Below, piece after piece: positions 63,529 through 64,000 of a stretch of DNA of 64,000 bases. How positions within the stretch are numbered: the stretch's first letter is position 1; each line of letters starts with the position of its first letter. The DNA is from Acidobacteriota bacterium. Its GTDB lineage: Bacteria > Acidobacteriota > Thermoanaerobaculia > Gp7-AA8. Made by a program: the position numbers and the translations under genes. The stretch spans positions 64,001 through 128,000 of the forward strand of contig JAFATB010000005.1 in the NCBI GenBank assembly GCA_019244185.1, written 5' to 3'. The notes beneath the pieces were generated by a model, which was not told the origin of the DNA, did not search any database, and worked only from the letters and a program-made list of their open reading frames with translations.

Positions 63529-64000
63529 GTGAGCAAGGAGCGTGCGCTGCGCGCGGCGATGGGGACGGCGGTGGCGTTGCGCGTCGTGCTCGCGCTCGTC
63601 GCGTGGCGCTCGCACGGCACGACCGCGTTTCTCGCGGTGGACTCCGCGACGTACCTCGCGCCGGCGATGTCGATCGCGACGCATGGCGCGTTCGAAAATG
63701 CGAACGGACAGGCGGAGCTCTTCCGCACGCCGGGCTATCCGCTGCTGCTCGCGTTTGGATTGATCGCGGGGCATCCGCTGCTCGTGCCGCTGGCGACGCA
63801 GGTCTTGCTCTCCGCGCTGCTCGTCGCGCTGACGTACGCGCTCGCGCGGGAGCTGTTCGACGAGCGCGCGGCGCGGCTTTGCGCGTGGATCGCGGCGATC
63901 GAGCCGACGATGCTGCTCTGGTCGGTGAAGCTGATGCCGGAGACGCTGTTCACGTGCGCGCTCGTGGCGTTCGTGTACGCCGCGATTCGCGCGCTGGCAA
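63529..64000 (+). CDS. GT-C glycosyltransferase (family 39/ArnT-like), runs off the window end
   Basis: Open frame from GTG 63529 with no stop; DSATY, RTPGYPLLL, multiple TMs and MPETLF; absent from the ORF track because it is truncated. Confidence 0.8.
   Translation, partial: MSKERALRAAMGTAVALRVVLALVAWRSHGTTAFLAVDSATYLAPAMSIATHGAFENANGQAELFRTPGYPLLLAFGLIAGHPLLVPLATQVLLSALLVALTYALARELFDERAARLCAWIAAIEPTMLLWSVKLMPETLFTCALVAFVYAAIRALA

Noticed and set aside
79-63953. Numerous long antisense or off-frame ORFs in the track (e.g. 79..1932-, 16503..19298+, 20069..22270-, 32491..34434+, 36156..38438-)
   Set aside because: Arg/Ala/Pro-rich shadow ORFs expected at this GC content; they overlap well-supported genes and carry no motifs

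Overview
A 64-kb, very GC-rich bacterial chromosomal segment. Gene content and a recurrent [KR]-[HR]-R-A-[AV]-x-H tag on secreted proteins suggest Acidobacteriota, possibly Thermoanaerobaculia-like (inference only). Most of the window is tightly packed housekeeping and envelope genes: many peptidases (M13, M17 PepA, S41 tricorn, M2 ACE-like, LepB), murI, moaC/mobA, an IscS-like desulfurase, pcnB, P5C dehydrogenase, Ku plus an Atl-type repair protein, an OmpR/BaeS-type two-component pair, a MoxR-DUF58-Bat operon, rsmA, a NitT/TauT-type ABC importer, a diguanylate cyclase and a Fur-family/ahpC/ahpD operon. No rRNA, tRNA, CRISPR array, integrase or transposase was recognised. Two things stand out. 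(1) The ABC substrate-binding gene (49116-50174, minus strand) has an in-frame TGA at codon 50 in a PVT-*-HLACPVT motif, making it a candidate selenoprotein that the ORF track splits. (2) A visibly AT-richer five-gene module (53514-59975) encodes an ECF sigma factor, a zinc-finger/TM/TPR/CHAT caspase-like protein, an unknown 316-aa protein, a papain-like protease and a small partner, with a shared candidate promoter motif. Smaller observations are pervasive leaderless and bidirectional promoters, a matched pair of two-component binding-site promoters, a 4-bp-duplication frameshift, a ~172-bp degenerate non-coding tandem repeat and heptamer repeats inside coding 5' ends. All calls come from motif recognition by eye; no searches were run.
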